The notes under the pieces were generated by a model. That model saw nothing but the letters and a program-made list of their open reading frames with translations. It did not search any database and was not told the DNA's origin. The translations under genes and the position numbers were made by a program. DNA of 63,914 nt, the filler included, from Octopus bimaculoides (taxonomy: Eukaryota), in assembly GCF_001194135.2 (NCBI RefSeq). It is 6 parts of 5 records of this genome, joined end to end, with 100 filler letters (N's around TTAATTAATTAA, not from the genome) between each part and the next. Parts side by side here need not be neighbours in the genome. Positions count along the whole stretch, not along the records: positions 31,368 to 53,542 come from NC_069001.1; 5 more parts are not named here. One strand, written 5' to 3'. Position 1 is the first letter of the stretch; every line of letters starts with the position of its first letter. Positions 37,075 through 53,050 of the stretch are shown piece after piece.

Positions 37075-40000
37075 AAGAGAGAGAATACAAAGACGGTCAG
37101 AATGGATGAAATCAATGTGTTTATTTCGCCAGCTGATATCCATATGATGACGGCTGTTTCGTTGCCAACATAATGCAAAAGTAATTTATTTCAGTGCATA
37201 ATATGTGATTTGTAGCTGAGTCCGCTAAAGAAGCTTTTTTGTGATTATAACTCTAAAGATGCTTTTTTTATTATTACCACTAGTTGATATAAATCAATAT
37301 ATTGTACATTAAATATGTATACTTATTTCATTTTATATGTAAGTATATATACGCATACATAAAATTTTAAATCCATTAAGTATATATACACATACATAAA
37401 ATCTGAAATCCATGAAGTAAGTATACACATACATAAAACTGAAATTCAAAATATACTAGCTGCGACTCCCTAAAGAAATACAAGTTGATTAACGTGATCT
37501 AATGCTCAGACTCCCAAGTAAAAAACAGGATCGGCACGGTTGAAATTCGTTTGGTAATTTGTCTGTTCGATGAAATCCGACCTTTGGCTAAAGAATATAA
37601 TCAACAAGAACAACAATAAGAAGAAGAACAACAACTAAAGATAAAAAAAGGCTAAATGGAGATGAAGAGAAAATGTGAATAAGAGCATGAGAGAATCTGG
37701 TAGACGTAATGTTAATTAGAGACAAAGAAACATATTGAATTACGTTATCTGATAATTATAAAACATTAATTAAGCAGTCTCCGGCTCATATTCATTTAAA
37801 AACTCCTCGTAACATAAAATAAATTTAAAAAAGAGAAAAACTCAGAAAATTAAAAGGACGCAGAAAATATTTTCATATTTTATATTAATCTTTTCGTTTA
37901 CGCAGAAAAATTCTTAAATTAGATACTCCAGTTCATATTTGTAATAAAAAGGAAAGAATGTTTAGTGATGAAACAGTCTTTTGAAATTTTCCTATTGGAA
38001 ACATTATATTGAAACTGCACCCACCACCACTATTTCTTGTACTATCACTACTACCTTTGGTACCATATTTAACACTACTGCCATCTTTTATTCCTTTATT
38101 AAGTAAGAAAGAAACATGATTTTAGCACCTTTGAAATTTCTATTCATATTTCCTTTCCCGAATCTGCCTTGAATTTTAACGGGAAATTAATAATTCTTAA
38201 ATGTAATTCAATTAGTATATAATGAATTTATCAATTTCTTGAAATTAAAACGTCAAATTAAGTTACGCAGTGAAAGTAGCATAATACATATATACACTCA
38301 CACGTATATACGTTAAGGTTCACGCCATACATACAAACGATGGAATATAGTTTATGAAATTATTCGAATCTGAAATCTCACTGGAACAGGAATATCATAG
38401 CAGTCAGAATATTAACTAAATGGTGCCTTGCATGAAATGAATAACCATCTATTAGTTAATATATCTATTAGTTAATCTATCTGTCCATCTGCGGGTGTGT
38501 GTGTGTAGTTGAAGTTTACAGAAAAAACAAAAAAGCCGAAGACAGGTGTATGAGCAACAGACAGGTGTATTGGTTTGACGCTTGGGAAAGTGAGAAAGTG
38601 CTTTACGTCTCAAGCTAACGTTCATCAACGGAGAGGAATAAGAGAAAATAAACAGAGAAAGAATAAGAAAAAAACAAAACTTGTAGATACAGCGTAAGAT
38701 AGAGAGACAGACTGATAGACTGATAGGTAGATAGATAGATAGATAGATTAGATAGATAGATAGATGAAAGTTTTTTCCTGGATCAAAGTCGAGGAATGCG
38801 GGTCTACCATAACAAATAGCACACATTTGTCCCCCCCCCCAGATTCACCTCGAGAATTTTTATTTGCTACGACATCTCAATGGCCTACAGCGCAAATTCC
38901 GACTACACTATGGCAATTCTAGCTCAGATAAATTAATATAAAACACTTTCTTGGCATAAGACTGTGTAAAAATACCCACCACACTGTGTGAATAAAGTAT
39001 ATAGAGCCTTTGAAAAGTAGTATCGCTTTTATGTTTAATATCTATGAATTGGAATATTCTCAATACCTGCTACTTCAAGGAAAAACAAACGTGCATTATT
39101 AGATAGTTACGTGAAGGTATTCTTGTCGCACGGTTTGCTAGAAGTAGCACCCAAATCTGTTAAATTATCTAGCATCTTCAATGATTGAAGGACATATTGG
39201 ACAATGTATTTCTACATTTCACAAGATAGATAAGATTGTAATTGCTGGAATTTGTTTTACTCCTATATTTGCCCAGTTTTGGTTATCTGGAACTAAACAA
39301 CAATATTAGCAGCAGCAGCAGCATCAACTTCAACAGTAGCAGCAGCAGGAACTTCAACAGCCATATGTATTGAACTATGTATTCTTACAATGTGAAATTT
39401 CTACAAAGCTATTTTTATTTACGCAAGCCAAAAGAAGTTGCTATACAGAAAGAAAGCTTTATCCATCCGCCCATATTCATAAAAAATACGTAGGCAACAC
39501 TATTATTCAAACAATATTTTGTGTAGACACCAATACGAAAATGCTTAATGGCGCTGTGTATCGTTACAAAAAATGTATTAGGAAACAGCTGTTAAAAAGA
39601 AATAAACAAGAAAATGAAAAAAAAAAATGGAAAGAAAACAGAGCAATAAACGAAACACTGCTTACAGAATAATGCAACAGAGAAAAGACAGATAATCTTG
39701 TTTGATCCAAATTCTAGCAGCGTGTAATATAACTAGAAATGTCCTGTCAATGATTAAAAACAGCAAGCAAAAATATTTCCTTATCAGCTACAATATTTAT
39801 TAAGAACAGTGTAAAAGTTAGTTAAATGAAAGTAAATCATCTTAACTGAAACAACCTATTATAAGAGATGTAACAGTATTAGTAATAAATCTAATCAATC
39901 AGCAGATTGTAATCTTAACAAGCACGTCCTGTTCACTGCATGGCAAATGTCTCACAAAGGCTCTAGGGTAGAGAGCTAGATTAACATCTACAGATGTTAT

Positions 40001-40746
40001 CAAAATAAACTTATAGAGCTAACGGAGAACTCATTGAAAAACAATCATGCATTGTGCATTCACTTCTTTAGATCCTGATAACATTAATTATGTTGCTGTA
40101 TTCCCGTTAGCCTGGAAATTGAAGTAGAATAGGAAGAATAGAATCCGCATAAACCGGCCTATTGTTGAGACCATTAAGCGTACGTTAATTCACAATATAA
40201 CGTGGATCACAAGAAAGCAAATGCTTCAGCGAAGAATATTCGGGGTACCATAAAATACATTTTTCAAATGAAATAAAAGAAATATTCATTTGACAGAAAG
40301 ATATTTGGTATGCAAAATTTTCCAAATACAAATTGGTTTAGATATATAAATTAAATTTTAAAAAAATGAAAAACGGAAAGCGTTTTATCATTTAACAGTG
40401 TATTTAAATGAAAAATGCGGCGAGAGGTTTCTTGTAAAATATATCAACAGTTTCGGTAATTTTGTGGATGTCGTATGAAGAGGGGTTCCATGAGGACTAA
40501 TGTATGGTTGATAAACACTCCGATACCAAACATTTCGATGTGAAAATAAATACAAAATAATAAACATAGGCGCAAGTGCAGCTGTGTGATAAGGAGCTTG
40601 TTTCCCNNNNNNNNNNNNNNNNNNNNNNNNNNNNNNNNNNNNNNNNNNNNNNNNNNNNNNNNNNNNNNNNNNNNNNNNNNNNNNNNNNNNNNNNNNNNNN
40701 NNNNNNNNNNNNNNNNNNNNNNNNNNNNNNNNNNNNNNNNNNNNNN

Positions 40747-40797
<51 letters not shown>

Positions 40798-41479
40798 TAA
40801 AGTGTGTGTTTGTCCTCCAGCGCCACTTGACAACTGGTGTTAGTATGGTAATGTACCCGTAACCTAGTGGTTCGGCAAAGTAGATCGATGGAATAAGTAC
40901 CAGGCTTAAAAGAGAAGTATTGGGATCAATTTATTCGACAAAAAAAATAAATTCAAGGCAGTGCCCCAGTATAGCAGTAGTCCAATGGCTGAAACACGCA
41001 AAAAATAAAAGATCTCGATAATTAACTGTCAGAATACTTCTTACAACTACTGGTGGGTAAGAAAATTTCAATCCGTACGGGACGTAAACAGCAAACTAAA
41101 GACACAACCCTCGCGTTACCACATTACTCACATTCATCACGATGTCATGTTGCACATAATCTACCCGACGCCATATTCGTTATAAAAAATACGTTTAGAA
41201 GAGAACTCAATGAAATTTACTTTGGCAAAGTAATCTTCCAGAATTGGAAGGAAAAAAAAAAGTATTCGGCAATCGATCTTTGCAGAAATTTGGACTGTCT
41301 CCGATAAATCCGACTGCAGAACTAACGGAAACTCACTACTGAAATCAGCGATACATTTTGTCGAGTTCTGTATTGGAAAACCATTTCAAGGAATCGTTTT
41401 CTCATTAGTGTTGTCTGATGCTGCTTGACTTAACTTATACATTTCAACATCTTCAACCATCTCTCAAAAAGTACATACC

Positions 41480-41860
41480 ATGAAACATATCACACCAGAG
41501 TAGTCCTAAGCGCCGAGTTCAAATCTTCGATTGAGCGTTGACCGAAGCTGTGATGCACACGACGTGGATATATCATCTTGATTGAAATAACAAATGTGAT
41601 TGATCTTATCCACGGCCATTATCAAATTGAGACCATCAGGACCCGCCGCTGAGGTGACATCCATCTTTCGACTAATTTTAATCTCTTCCAACGAGAACGG
41701 TCGCAAAATAGGACCGCAATCGACACTGGAGGAGGAAGGATAGTCGGAGAGATCCACCTCAGGGACAGGAATAGAAAATCTACCCCTGTAAAAATCCTCA
41801 ATGGCATACATAGAGATTGGGCATCCCTGATCTACATTCTCATCTAATATGATTGCGGCA
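41480..41860 (-). mobile_element. Degenerate non-LTR retrotransposon fragment (possibly R2/NeSL-like)
   Basis: PFSLEEIKISRKMDVTSAAGPDGL matches the pre-RT 'S/APGPDG' motif. GC content is locally raised. Confidence 0.55.
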
Positions 41861-43989
41861 CTTGGTGTGATGTGGAAGTAGATCTTGTTTGTTCAGACTC
41901 TGCAGGCGCTTGCAGGCCATCCATGTGCGATGAGGTCGATGTAGTTTATGGTTTTGAATAGTTTAAATTTGAAGATGACAGTAAAAAGAAATGATTGGCG
42001 TGGGAGATTTCTGGACGTTCGATGTTTTGAGCCAGAGGAATTAAGTGTAATGTTTAGTGTAAATTTCGTTTGGTAGTTGATGATGATGAATTGAGGAAAG
42101 AAAGACATTGTTTAGTAGTGGAACATGCCGAGATGAAACGAAAAGGAGAGCCTAACGGGTCTGAATTGTTTTAATGGAGGTGAAAGGAGACAAACAGTCT
42201 GCAAAAGAGAAGAGACTGCTATAGTTTCCGTAGTAAAAGTAGAGAGAAGACAAAATGCATGCGCATGATAGAGGTTGTTTGTGTTAAAAAAACACTTAAC
42301 GTCAGGCACCGAGTGGGCATTTGGGGGTATGCTTAACCATAGTGGCATGATAAGTATAAAGGTGACCTTCCCGATGACAAATTTTACTGCCGTTTCTTTA
42401 TATCCAATTCATTTTAATCGATTCAAAATAACTGAAATCTTAATCATATTAGTCAAATCTCTTTCTGAAACTAATTTATCATCTACGTTTCTTCGCTCCA
42501 CATTTGTGGCCTTCAGATCTAACCAATATTCTGTTCAAGTTTCTTGCCCGAATTTCATTTACTACATTTCTCTCCTACTGTTAATACTATTCACCGAAAT
42601 AACTGACTTCACTGCAACCCATATCTACAGTTAACCCAGTTTTCTATATAATATCTTAATCCACTCCTACAGCCTAATTCTCTGTCTCAAACGGTATTGA
42701 TCCATTTGCAAGACAGAAAAGTTAATCTCAAACGAATAAAGGCGTTTGTGCGGTCACTTGTTCTACTAGAAATAGCAGATATACATATCTGAGATTTTGG
42801 TCTGCCATCTTAAACAAGAAAATAAGAAAACAACAAATAGTATGAATAAGACTGAGACAATTGTGTTTGAAAAGGTTGGATGGTCATGGATAGAATGCCT
42901 TTGTTTAAATGTCTTATCGATTTGTGCTGAACTAAGACCAAACAACCGCGACAACTTTTCTATTCATTCATTTCGTTAGAAAGCCTACTTCTATAAGCTA
43001 CGTCTCAAGCTAAAGCATTTATTGATTCTCATGAAACAGAGAGAAAATAAGAAAATTATATTAAAGTATATGTAATTGTTTTTGTGTCACATAGTCAGTT
43101 ATAGTTTCCACTTGTCTTGCTAAATTGCTACAATGTAATGTCGTATCATCAAGTATCGTATTGTGAACTAACAATTTGCCACTATTTAGAAGCAAACATT
43201 GAAGATAACTTTCCAATTACGGTATTGCAAAACGGATGGCATTGTTTTCTGTTGTTATTCTTCTTTGTTTAAGATTTTATAATTTTGTTTTTGTCTGTAT
43301 TGTTGTTTTTTTCTTCTCCGTTTTTCTTTTCCTCTGTCATATTTAAAAAAAAAAAAAGAAAATACAATTGAAGTTGAAGCATTTTAAAACATGTTTACAC
43401 TATCGTGGCACCCGGAAGAAAATACTTTCTTCTGACATGCTTTTAACGCAGCAGCATGAACAGAAGCAGAATATGAGAGAAAATGAAAAAGAAATGGAAA
43501 AAAAATAACAAGATATCAACTAAGACAACAAGAACGACGAAAAGGAAAATATATTAATAAAATAATAATATAAAAAAATAACAGCAACGACAATGGTAAT
43601 GAAGTATAAATGAAGTTCATTATCGATTTTTGCCAATACATGACATTAATTTCCGGTCAACTTTCACTGAAATTTTCCAATATAATGCAAAACTGTTAAT
43701 GTGTTTATAAAGAGATGACATCAACTGGAGCCAGTGTTCGTTGGCTCCTCGGCTTACAGACAACGAACATACATAATGCATTTACGAATATTCACACACT
43801 AAACATCACGTACCAAGCTCTTACACAATAAACTTTAACTAATTTAGCCGTACTTGATTATACAAGTTTAGAGAATGTAAGCACGAAAACAGAAACACGA
43901 GGAGGAAGAGAAAAATAACAAAGAAAGAAAGAAAGAAAGAAATAACGCAAAGAAGCAAAGAAATCGACCTCACTGTGATTTTTGTACTA

Positions 43990-45002
<1,013 letters not shown>

Positions 45003-47366
45003 TCTCTCTATCTGTATATATACCTACCGAGGATCGGATTTAAGTATGTGAAGGGGTGAAGAAGTAAATACGTTAAGAAAACAAGTAGCAATCTTGTAAG
45101 TGAACGAGCAGAATATTGACTGTGAGAGCTGGCTGTGAATGCTGGGCTCATTGCAATGACGGCGAGAAGGATGTTGATGATGCTGGTGACAATGTTGAAG
45201 GTTATGAAGTTATTGACAGTTTGAACGAAAAAAAAAAGGTGTCGAGAATGACGATGGCTTGGAGCTCATGATAATGAAAATAATAATCGTTTCTAGCGGA
45301 GGCACAAAGGCAAAATGTTTAGTTACATTGTTAGCAGAAGATGCAGTACCTGTTTTAATTTCATCGATACCAGAAAAGATTGACCAAAATTGAACTCAGA
45401 ACTGAGATTGCTGGAGTAACTAAAGCATGTAATTTTTCCTCAATCTGTAACAAGTTTCCACTCACTTACTCAGATGCTGGAAATGTTGACATTTTTCTCC
45501 TAAACCAACACCTAATCTCCTGCTGGAGTCATGGGTAAACTGCAGCCCGAGAAACATACAGTATGGTGCATCTAACGGAAGATTACATTGATTTCTATTA
45601 AGACTGAGGCTTGCCTGATGATGCGCCGAGTTTCATATGGCTAGGCCTTACAAAAAGGTTACGTCTGCTCTATAGTATCACTAGAACCACTAGAAAAGAG
45701 AGCGAAATTCCCTCAAATACATTCTAACAATTCTACTACACTCATTCGCCTATAAGAGAACTGTATAGGCTTTTGTTGTTTTTTTAAAAATACGTATAGG
45801 ATAGAAAAACCTGTGTTTATAGACATCCTAGGTTAATGATGACCTCATTTTAACCAAGTTTTGCAGCGACAGCGATATAAAAGATGACGCTATGACAAAA
45901 TATTTTTCCGTCCGTCTTCACGTTCTATGTTCAAATTCCGCCGAGGTCGCCTTTGCCTTTAATCCTTTCAGAACCCATAAAATAATAATCAATTCATGTG
46001 ATCTCTCCATTGAAATTGACCATACCACTGAAGCAAGAAGATACTATATGAACGTAGAGGTACTATGAGACTTTGCAATACCATATAATTAACAGAGATG
46101 ATACCACACAGCTTGAACCAACTGAGAAATATCAGGCCCAGCCAAAGAGTTTCAGGCTTGTAGAAGTCGAACATGACAAATATTCCTATGGAAACTGGTG
46201 ACTCCAAAGAGACCGAAAGAAATTGCACTTCAGATTTATATCGTTGACTTACAGAAAAAAAGCCCCTCTATATTTTAATTCTTGAGAGTTGAGATGAACT
46301 GCCGTCACCACATATGACGATAATATCCCTACTAACTAAAATAGTATACAATATATTTAATAGCGTTTAACAGTGAAGCTATTTACAAGCATAAATATGA
46401 CGTGAAAGAAGCAGGGGCAAATTGCCAAAAGTCAAAGAGATCACATAGAATCGATTCGAAAAAATATTGTTACAAAAAAAATTACTGATGTCATTTCCAT
46501 AAAGTGAGATAACCTGGAGCCAATCAGGTAACGCTACGCATCCCAGTTTAACCGTTGCTGTAAAACGAGAGTAAATTTCTCCTGACTACGTTCTTCAGCC
46601 TGTAGGTACAACTTGAGCCTGTAGGTACAACTTGAGCCTGTAGGTATTATTTAACCGAGCTATCGCTGCACCTTCTATCTTGTTTAGCTGTAGACGTATC
46701 ACTTAGAAAGTCTCTAATTCAGTACACGATTAACCACAAATAGCTAACCAATCTCGCTCATATCAAACACTACTGGTTTAAAAGAACTACATTGGACAAT
46801 GTTACCGTAGATATACGAATTTAAAGTTTACTGTTGATTGAAAACGTATAACATTTGACATATGTATTGTTGATGAGAGGAGACCAACAACAGAAGCCTA
46901 AAAAACGACACACAACAAATTTATTTGAGAGCATTAAGTTACTCATGTCACCAAATTTCTGATATATCATGATGCAACTTGTAATAGCCGCATTATGACA
47001 GGTCTATACATTCTACTATCATTACAATAGAATATAAACTCTACTCTATAAAATATATAGATATCATTTTATACCAACTTTGACCCTCCGCAAATCCCAA
47101 ATTTCATTTTGGCTCACGGGGCAACTGTTTTCCGAAGCCTTATATTGTCGCTAATTGCTCGAAATATGGAGTAGATGAACAGCAGACAACTGACGAAGGG
47201 TTCTTTTTTATGTTTCTTGTTTTGTTTTCCATTTGTTTCTCTCGTTTATCGCATACCCAAGTCTGCTTTCGTAATTTATGTTGTTTACCGTTTGTGATGT
47301 CCTGTACCCATATCTGCATATATATATATATATTTTTTCTCCGTGTTTTTCTCCTTGTCTCCGTAT

Positions 47367-47403
47367 TCTTTCTGTTGAAGAGCGTAGCTCGAAACGTCAA
47401 AGA
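47367..47403 (+). ncRNA. Degenerate minimal type I hammerhead-like motif
   Basis: Stem I TCTTT/AAAGA, core CTGTTGA (A6 to U) plus A, stem II GAGC-GTA-GCTC, GAAA, palindromic ACGT, and GUC triplet. Confidence 0.5.
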
Positions 47404-47511
47404 CTTTCCGTATTCCCGAGCGTCATACTAATATATACTTTTGTTATTTACACCACCTGTCCTCGTCTGTTGTTATTTTTTGTATATTCTCCCATATATA
47501 TATATGGGAGT

Positions 47512-47621
<110 letters not shown>

Positions 47622-48691
47622 CAATGGTTCTCTATTAAAACTATAATATACAAAGAATATTATACATTATAGACATTGTTTGTTGCATAGTAAAGTAAAT
47701 ACATAGAGTATAGCTACTCCAGAACTACGCATTATGTAGTATACATTAGAGACACAGTATTTTGCATTAGGGATAGTATCCCATGCACTATATGACATAG
47801 CGTGTGTAATAAAGATTCATATTATATTCTATATATCAAATTAATAACAGTTCTGTACATACAATATATTGAATAATATGGAGGCTGCGGTTTATACAAT
47901 AGAGAATCCATTATATAATATATATAATATGAACAGCATTGCTAGAGTTTATATATTATATTACGCATAAAAGAATCTATACTCTATACTACAACTACTA
48001 TTGTATGTTTAGAGATAATAGTTAAAATAGATACTGTACATACTACATATTATATTGTCATTAAAACCATTGATTATAGATATAATGTATGTCAGAGTTT
48101 ATATTGGTAAATGTTAAATATGATACAATGATATACGCAGTATAACATGGCAACATATCGTACGTTATACTGACTGCCCTAGTATAGGTTATATGGTGGA
48201 CGTACACACAGACACACACACGTACACACAAACACGTACACACATATACACACACAAGTACACATATACACACACACACACACATGTACACACACACACA
48301 CACAGTTCACTATTCCGTTATATGAATCTGCGTAGCCACGGTTTTTAGAACAAGAAACTATTAGTAGCTCGAAACTTTATACTGTGTACATCAAATAATA
48401 TATATATTTATATATATATATGTATATANNNNNNNNNNNNNNNNNNNNNNNNNNNNNNNNNNNNNNNNNNNNNNNNNNNNNNNNNNNNNNNNNNNNNNNN
48501 NNNNNNNNNNNNNNNNNNNNNNNNNNNNNNNNNNNNNNNNNNNNNNNNNNNNNNNNNNNNNNNNNNNNNNNNNNNNTTTATAAACATACATATGTTTATA
48601 TATATATATATATTTATCAATGTGTAATATATATATATATATATATATATATACGTGCATATGGCTATATATTTATAAACATACATATGTT

Positions 48692-48722
<31 letters not shown>

Positions 48723-49094
48723 CAATGTGTAATATTGTATTGGTAGTATTGCTTCGTTGACCTGAAACCTGCAAAGTTGACCTCGACGATGTTTCCACTC
48801 AAATTATAAAGAAACAAAACTAATTAAAACCAAAGTGATTTGTCTGGCTCTCCCCAGTTTCTGCCAATCCAGCGACGGACGTCGTTATATGTTTTCTTTT
48901 TGTTTTTTTTTAATTTTTCACTTGCTTCAGATATTAACATTGCGGTTATGCAGCGGCGCCGCCTTGAAACAATGTTATTAAGTATTGTAAAGAAAATATT
49001 ATATTACAACCACTACGTACACCACCAGTACCAGCACTACCACCACCACCTCCTACTGCTGCTACTACTACCACTATTACTACTAAAAATAATA

Positions 49095-49820
49095 CTTTCT
49101 ACTAAAGGATCAAGGCCCGAAATCTGCGGGGGGGGGTGATTAGTCAGTTACATCGACCTCAGAGTTTCACTGCTACTTATTTTATCGACCCTAATACGAT
49201 AAAAGGCAAAGCCGACCTTGGTGGAATTTGAACTCAGAGAGTGTAACGACGAGCAAAATACCGCGAAGCATTTGATACCTGCGTGCCAAATATTCCGCCA
49301 GCTTGCTGTCAACAACAAAAACAAGTACTGCTACTACTGCTACTTTTACTACTACTGCTTCTACTACTACTACTACTACTGCTTCTACTACTGCTGCTGC
49401 TTGTACTACTACTACTACTTCTACTACTACTACTTCTACTTCTACTACTACTACTTCTACTTCTACTACTTCTACTTCTACTACTACTACTGCTTCTACT
49501 ACTACTACTGCTTCTACTACTACTACTGCTTCTACTACTACTACTACTACTACTACTACAAATAATATTTTCTACTATATGTACAAGGCTTGAAATGCTG
49601 GGGCAACTAATATCGGTTTCAAATTTTGCCACAAAGTCAACAATTTCAGGCAACGTTAAGTCAACGAAATTGGTGCCAGTCCTCAACTGGTACTTATTAG
49701 TTTATCAGCCCGGTAGGTTAAAAGAGGCAAAGTCGACCCGGGTGGATTGTGAGCTCAGTAGGAAAAATCGAAAGAAATGGTACTAAGCATTTGGACCGGC
49801 GCAGCAACAATTCTGCCAAC
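49095..49820 (-). mobile_element. Two SINE family A copies (about 49095-49312 and 49610-49820) flanking a (CTA)n compound microsatellite
   Basis: aaaaggcaaagccgaccttggtggaatttgaactcag and aaagaggcaaagtcgacccggtgg. Confidence 0.75.
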
Positions 49821-50186
49821 GCGTCCCTCGAATTTGAAACCGATATAAGAAGGAAAAGAGGCAAGCAGCAGTAGCAGTAGTAGTAGTAGTAGTAGCAGTA
49901 GTAGCAGATGTAGTAGTAGCAGTAGTAGAAGCAGTAGTAATAGTAGTAGTGTTGAGAGCCATAATTTCCAACGACATGTGTTTCCTGATTACAGAGACCA
50001 AGACTATTTGGCATTTTTTTTACCCGCACACAAATCAACAAACATATATACACAAATACAGGAATGCATTCTTACATACATTCATATATATATATATATG
50101 CAAACATACCTTCATACATAGTTCCACACTCATACGCACACTGACACACATACACATACATACACACACATATACATATTTATATG

Positions 50187-50968
50187 AGTAAGTGTCTTCT
50201 GCTATAGTCTCTGGTTGATGAAAGCCTTGTGAGTAGATTTGGTTGACGGAAACTGGAAGAAGCCCGTCGTATATTTACATATATTTGTGTCTGTGTTTGC
50301 TCCTCCCACCATCGCTTGACAACTGACGTTGGTGTGTCTACTTCCCCGTAACTTAGCAGTTCGTCAAAAGTAAACGATACAATAAGTACTAGGAATACAA
50401 AGAATAAGTCCTCGGGGCGATTTCTTCGACTAAAGGTGGTGCTCCAGCATGTCCATATTCAAATGATTGAAACAAGTAACAGAGCAAAAGGGTATGCACA
50501 CACACACACACATATATATAATATACATAAACATATATATATATATATATATATAAAATGCCCAAATATATATAGTCGCAGGAGTGGCTGTGTGGTAAAT
50601 AGCTTGCTTACCAACCACATGGTTCTGGGTTCAGTCCCACTGCGTGGCACCCTGGGCAAGTGTCTTCTAGTATAGCCTCGGGTCGACCAAAGTCTTCTGA
50701 GTGGATTTGGTAGACAGAAACTGAAAGAAGCCCGTCGTATATATGTATACGTATGTACATATATCTATGTGTGTATATGTTTGTGTGTCTGTGTTTGTCC
50801 CTACAACATCACTTGACAATCGATACTGGTGTGTTTACGTCCCTGTCACTTAGGGTTCGGCAAGAGAGAACCGATAGAATAAGTAATAGGCTTACAAAGA
50901 ATAAGTCTTGAGGCGGTGCTCCAGCATGGCCGCAGTCAAATGACTGAAATAAATAAAGGAGTAAATGA
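50187..50968 (+). mobile_element. Two SINE family B copies (partial 50187-50470, full-length 50575-50968)
   Basis: gcaggagtggctgtgtggtaaatagcttgcttaccaaccacatgg...ggtgctccagcatggccgcagtcaaatgactgaaa. Confidence 0.85.
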
Positions 50969-51869
50969 ATACCTAGATGTGTATAGGTATGGGGGAAAGT
51001 AGGCGAATGGTTAGGTAGTTAGGAGGAAACATTATCTGAGACTGAAAAGGTTTCGAGTCCTTTTAACTTTATTTTCGTTGATACCGAGGTGATGAAAACG
51101 TATGCATTTTAGTGTGTTTGCATGTGTGTGTATATGTGTGTATGCATGTGTGTATGTGTGTGCGAGTATGTGTGAGTGAGTGTTTGTATAGGTGGGTGCG
51201 TTAGTAAATATGTGTGAAGAAAAGAGTTGAGATACTGCGAGTGAATGAAAACGGATGCATAAGACAGAAGTTAAAGGAAGTAATGCAAGAAGGGGTTAAG
51301 AGAAGAAAGAAAGGGATAAATGTGTATGTGAAATATGGACGAGGAAGAAAGATAGGAGAGGTGGAGAAATAAAAAGAGAAACAGAGATACATAGAGAAAG
51401 AGGTACATAGATTGATAAACAGCCAGAGAGAGAGAGAGATTGAAAGATAGAAAGACTAAGAAAACAGAGGAAGTGATAAAGAGAGGGAGAGACTGACAGA
51501 TTGAGGGAGTTGGGGATGCAACGACAGAATGAATGCAGGGTGAAAAGTGGGGACAGGTTTAATTACGAATTTGGGTGTAAGATAAAGGGATATAAGTTAC
51601 TGTTAAGAAAAGGAACAGAAACAGAGAAATGAGGAAAAGTGGAGATGTGGCTATACAGAGATACGATGAGTATGATTTGGTAGCTTCGGTGAGCAAAAAG
51701 AAATGAGAAAGTGAGACAAAGAATACATGATACACACATGCATACCTACACACGTGTGTGTGTATGCATGTATATATACGTGTATATATATATAAGCGCA
51801 TTTATGTGTATAAATATATATATATATATATGTGTGAATACATGTACGTACAAACACACAGATAGATAC

Positions 51870-51907
<38 letters not shown>

Positions 51908-52739
51908 NNNNNNNNNNNNNNNNNNNNNNNNNNNNNNNNNNNNNNNNNNNNNNNNNNNNNNNNNNNNNNNNNNNNNNNNNNNNNNNNNNNNNNNNNNNNN
52001 NNNNNNNTGTGTGTGTGGTGTGTTTACATTCGCACTCACAAAAATAATTACCAGGCATACATAAATACAGACTTCATAGCCCAGCGCTGTAGAATATCAT
52101 ATAAAGTCATTTTTGCTACGAATTACACGTGTGTATGTCTGTATAAATATATATAAATTCGTATAGTATGAATATATAACGATGGACTGAGCACAAACTA
52201 CTACAATAGAAGATTGTATAAAACTAAGTTTGTTCACAGAAAGAAGTGCATGGCTGTGACGTTGGAAAACTTTTGAGAAAGTGTAGCATAGATAACCAGA
52301 GTAGTTGATTTATTTAATAAGTACCAATATGTTTGCACTCATTTTGGTGCCTTTCGTATCGGTCAAAATGCATAACTAAGAACGCATTGTGCAAAATGTT
52401 GCAGGCAAAAATGACACCTGATACATAACATTTACAGCTTAGTTAGAAGATAAAGGAGCAGAATGTATAACATTTGCTCAGCTTTTACTTAATTCGTGTT
52501 TGAATGGGAGTAATTTATGTAGTCTCTGTTGGCCGTGATGTCCAGCACAGATGCTCGTAGCAAAATACTCTCTGTTATCGTTAACAAAGAATTGCAAGGT
52601 GTTTTATGTGTTCTTTGGAATTACACAAGGTGTGACTGTTATCATAATAATACATCCGATATGTGTCTATGATGGTATCTGCGAAATGAGGTACATTGTA
52701 ATGAGGAAAAATTTGTAAAGAGTTATAAAAAGAAGCAAG

Positions 52740-53050
52740 TTTTCAGCAAAGGTCTGCGGCGTGCACGCATCGACTTGAAGCCTCCCCACCTTATAGCTAT
52801 TCGTGTCCCGCTAGATCATCCTACCAGGGCTTTATTGTATTTCAAAGCAGCGGCAGTAGGCTTGAAGAGGCCTCGTGGCAAGTCCCACACCTATATAGGG
52901 GTAGACGTGATTGGGAGAGACCTCCATAGGTTCGACGTCACCTTCGAAGATGCAGAGGGGTTGGTAGGGCCCGACAGCGATAGAGAGCACAAGTGGACCT
53001 GGTCGTTTGTACGCATGATGACGTCTCTGAGAGCACTAACCTGGGATAAC
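52740..53050 (-). mobile_element. Possible degenerate non-LTR RT fragment
   Basis: GC-rich island. A minus frame reads PLCIFEGDVEPMEVSPNHVYPYIGVG, which resembles the RT thumb 'YxYLGV' motif. Confidence 0.35.
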
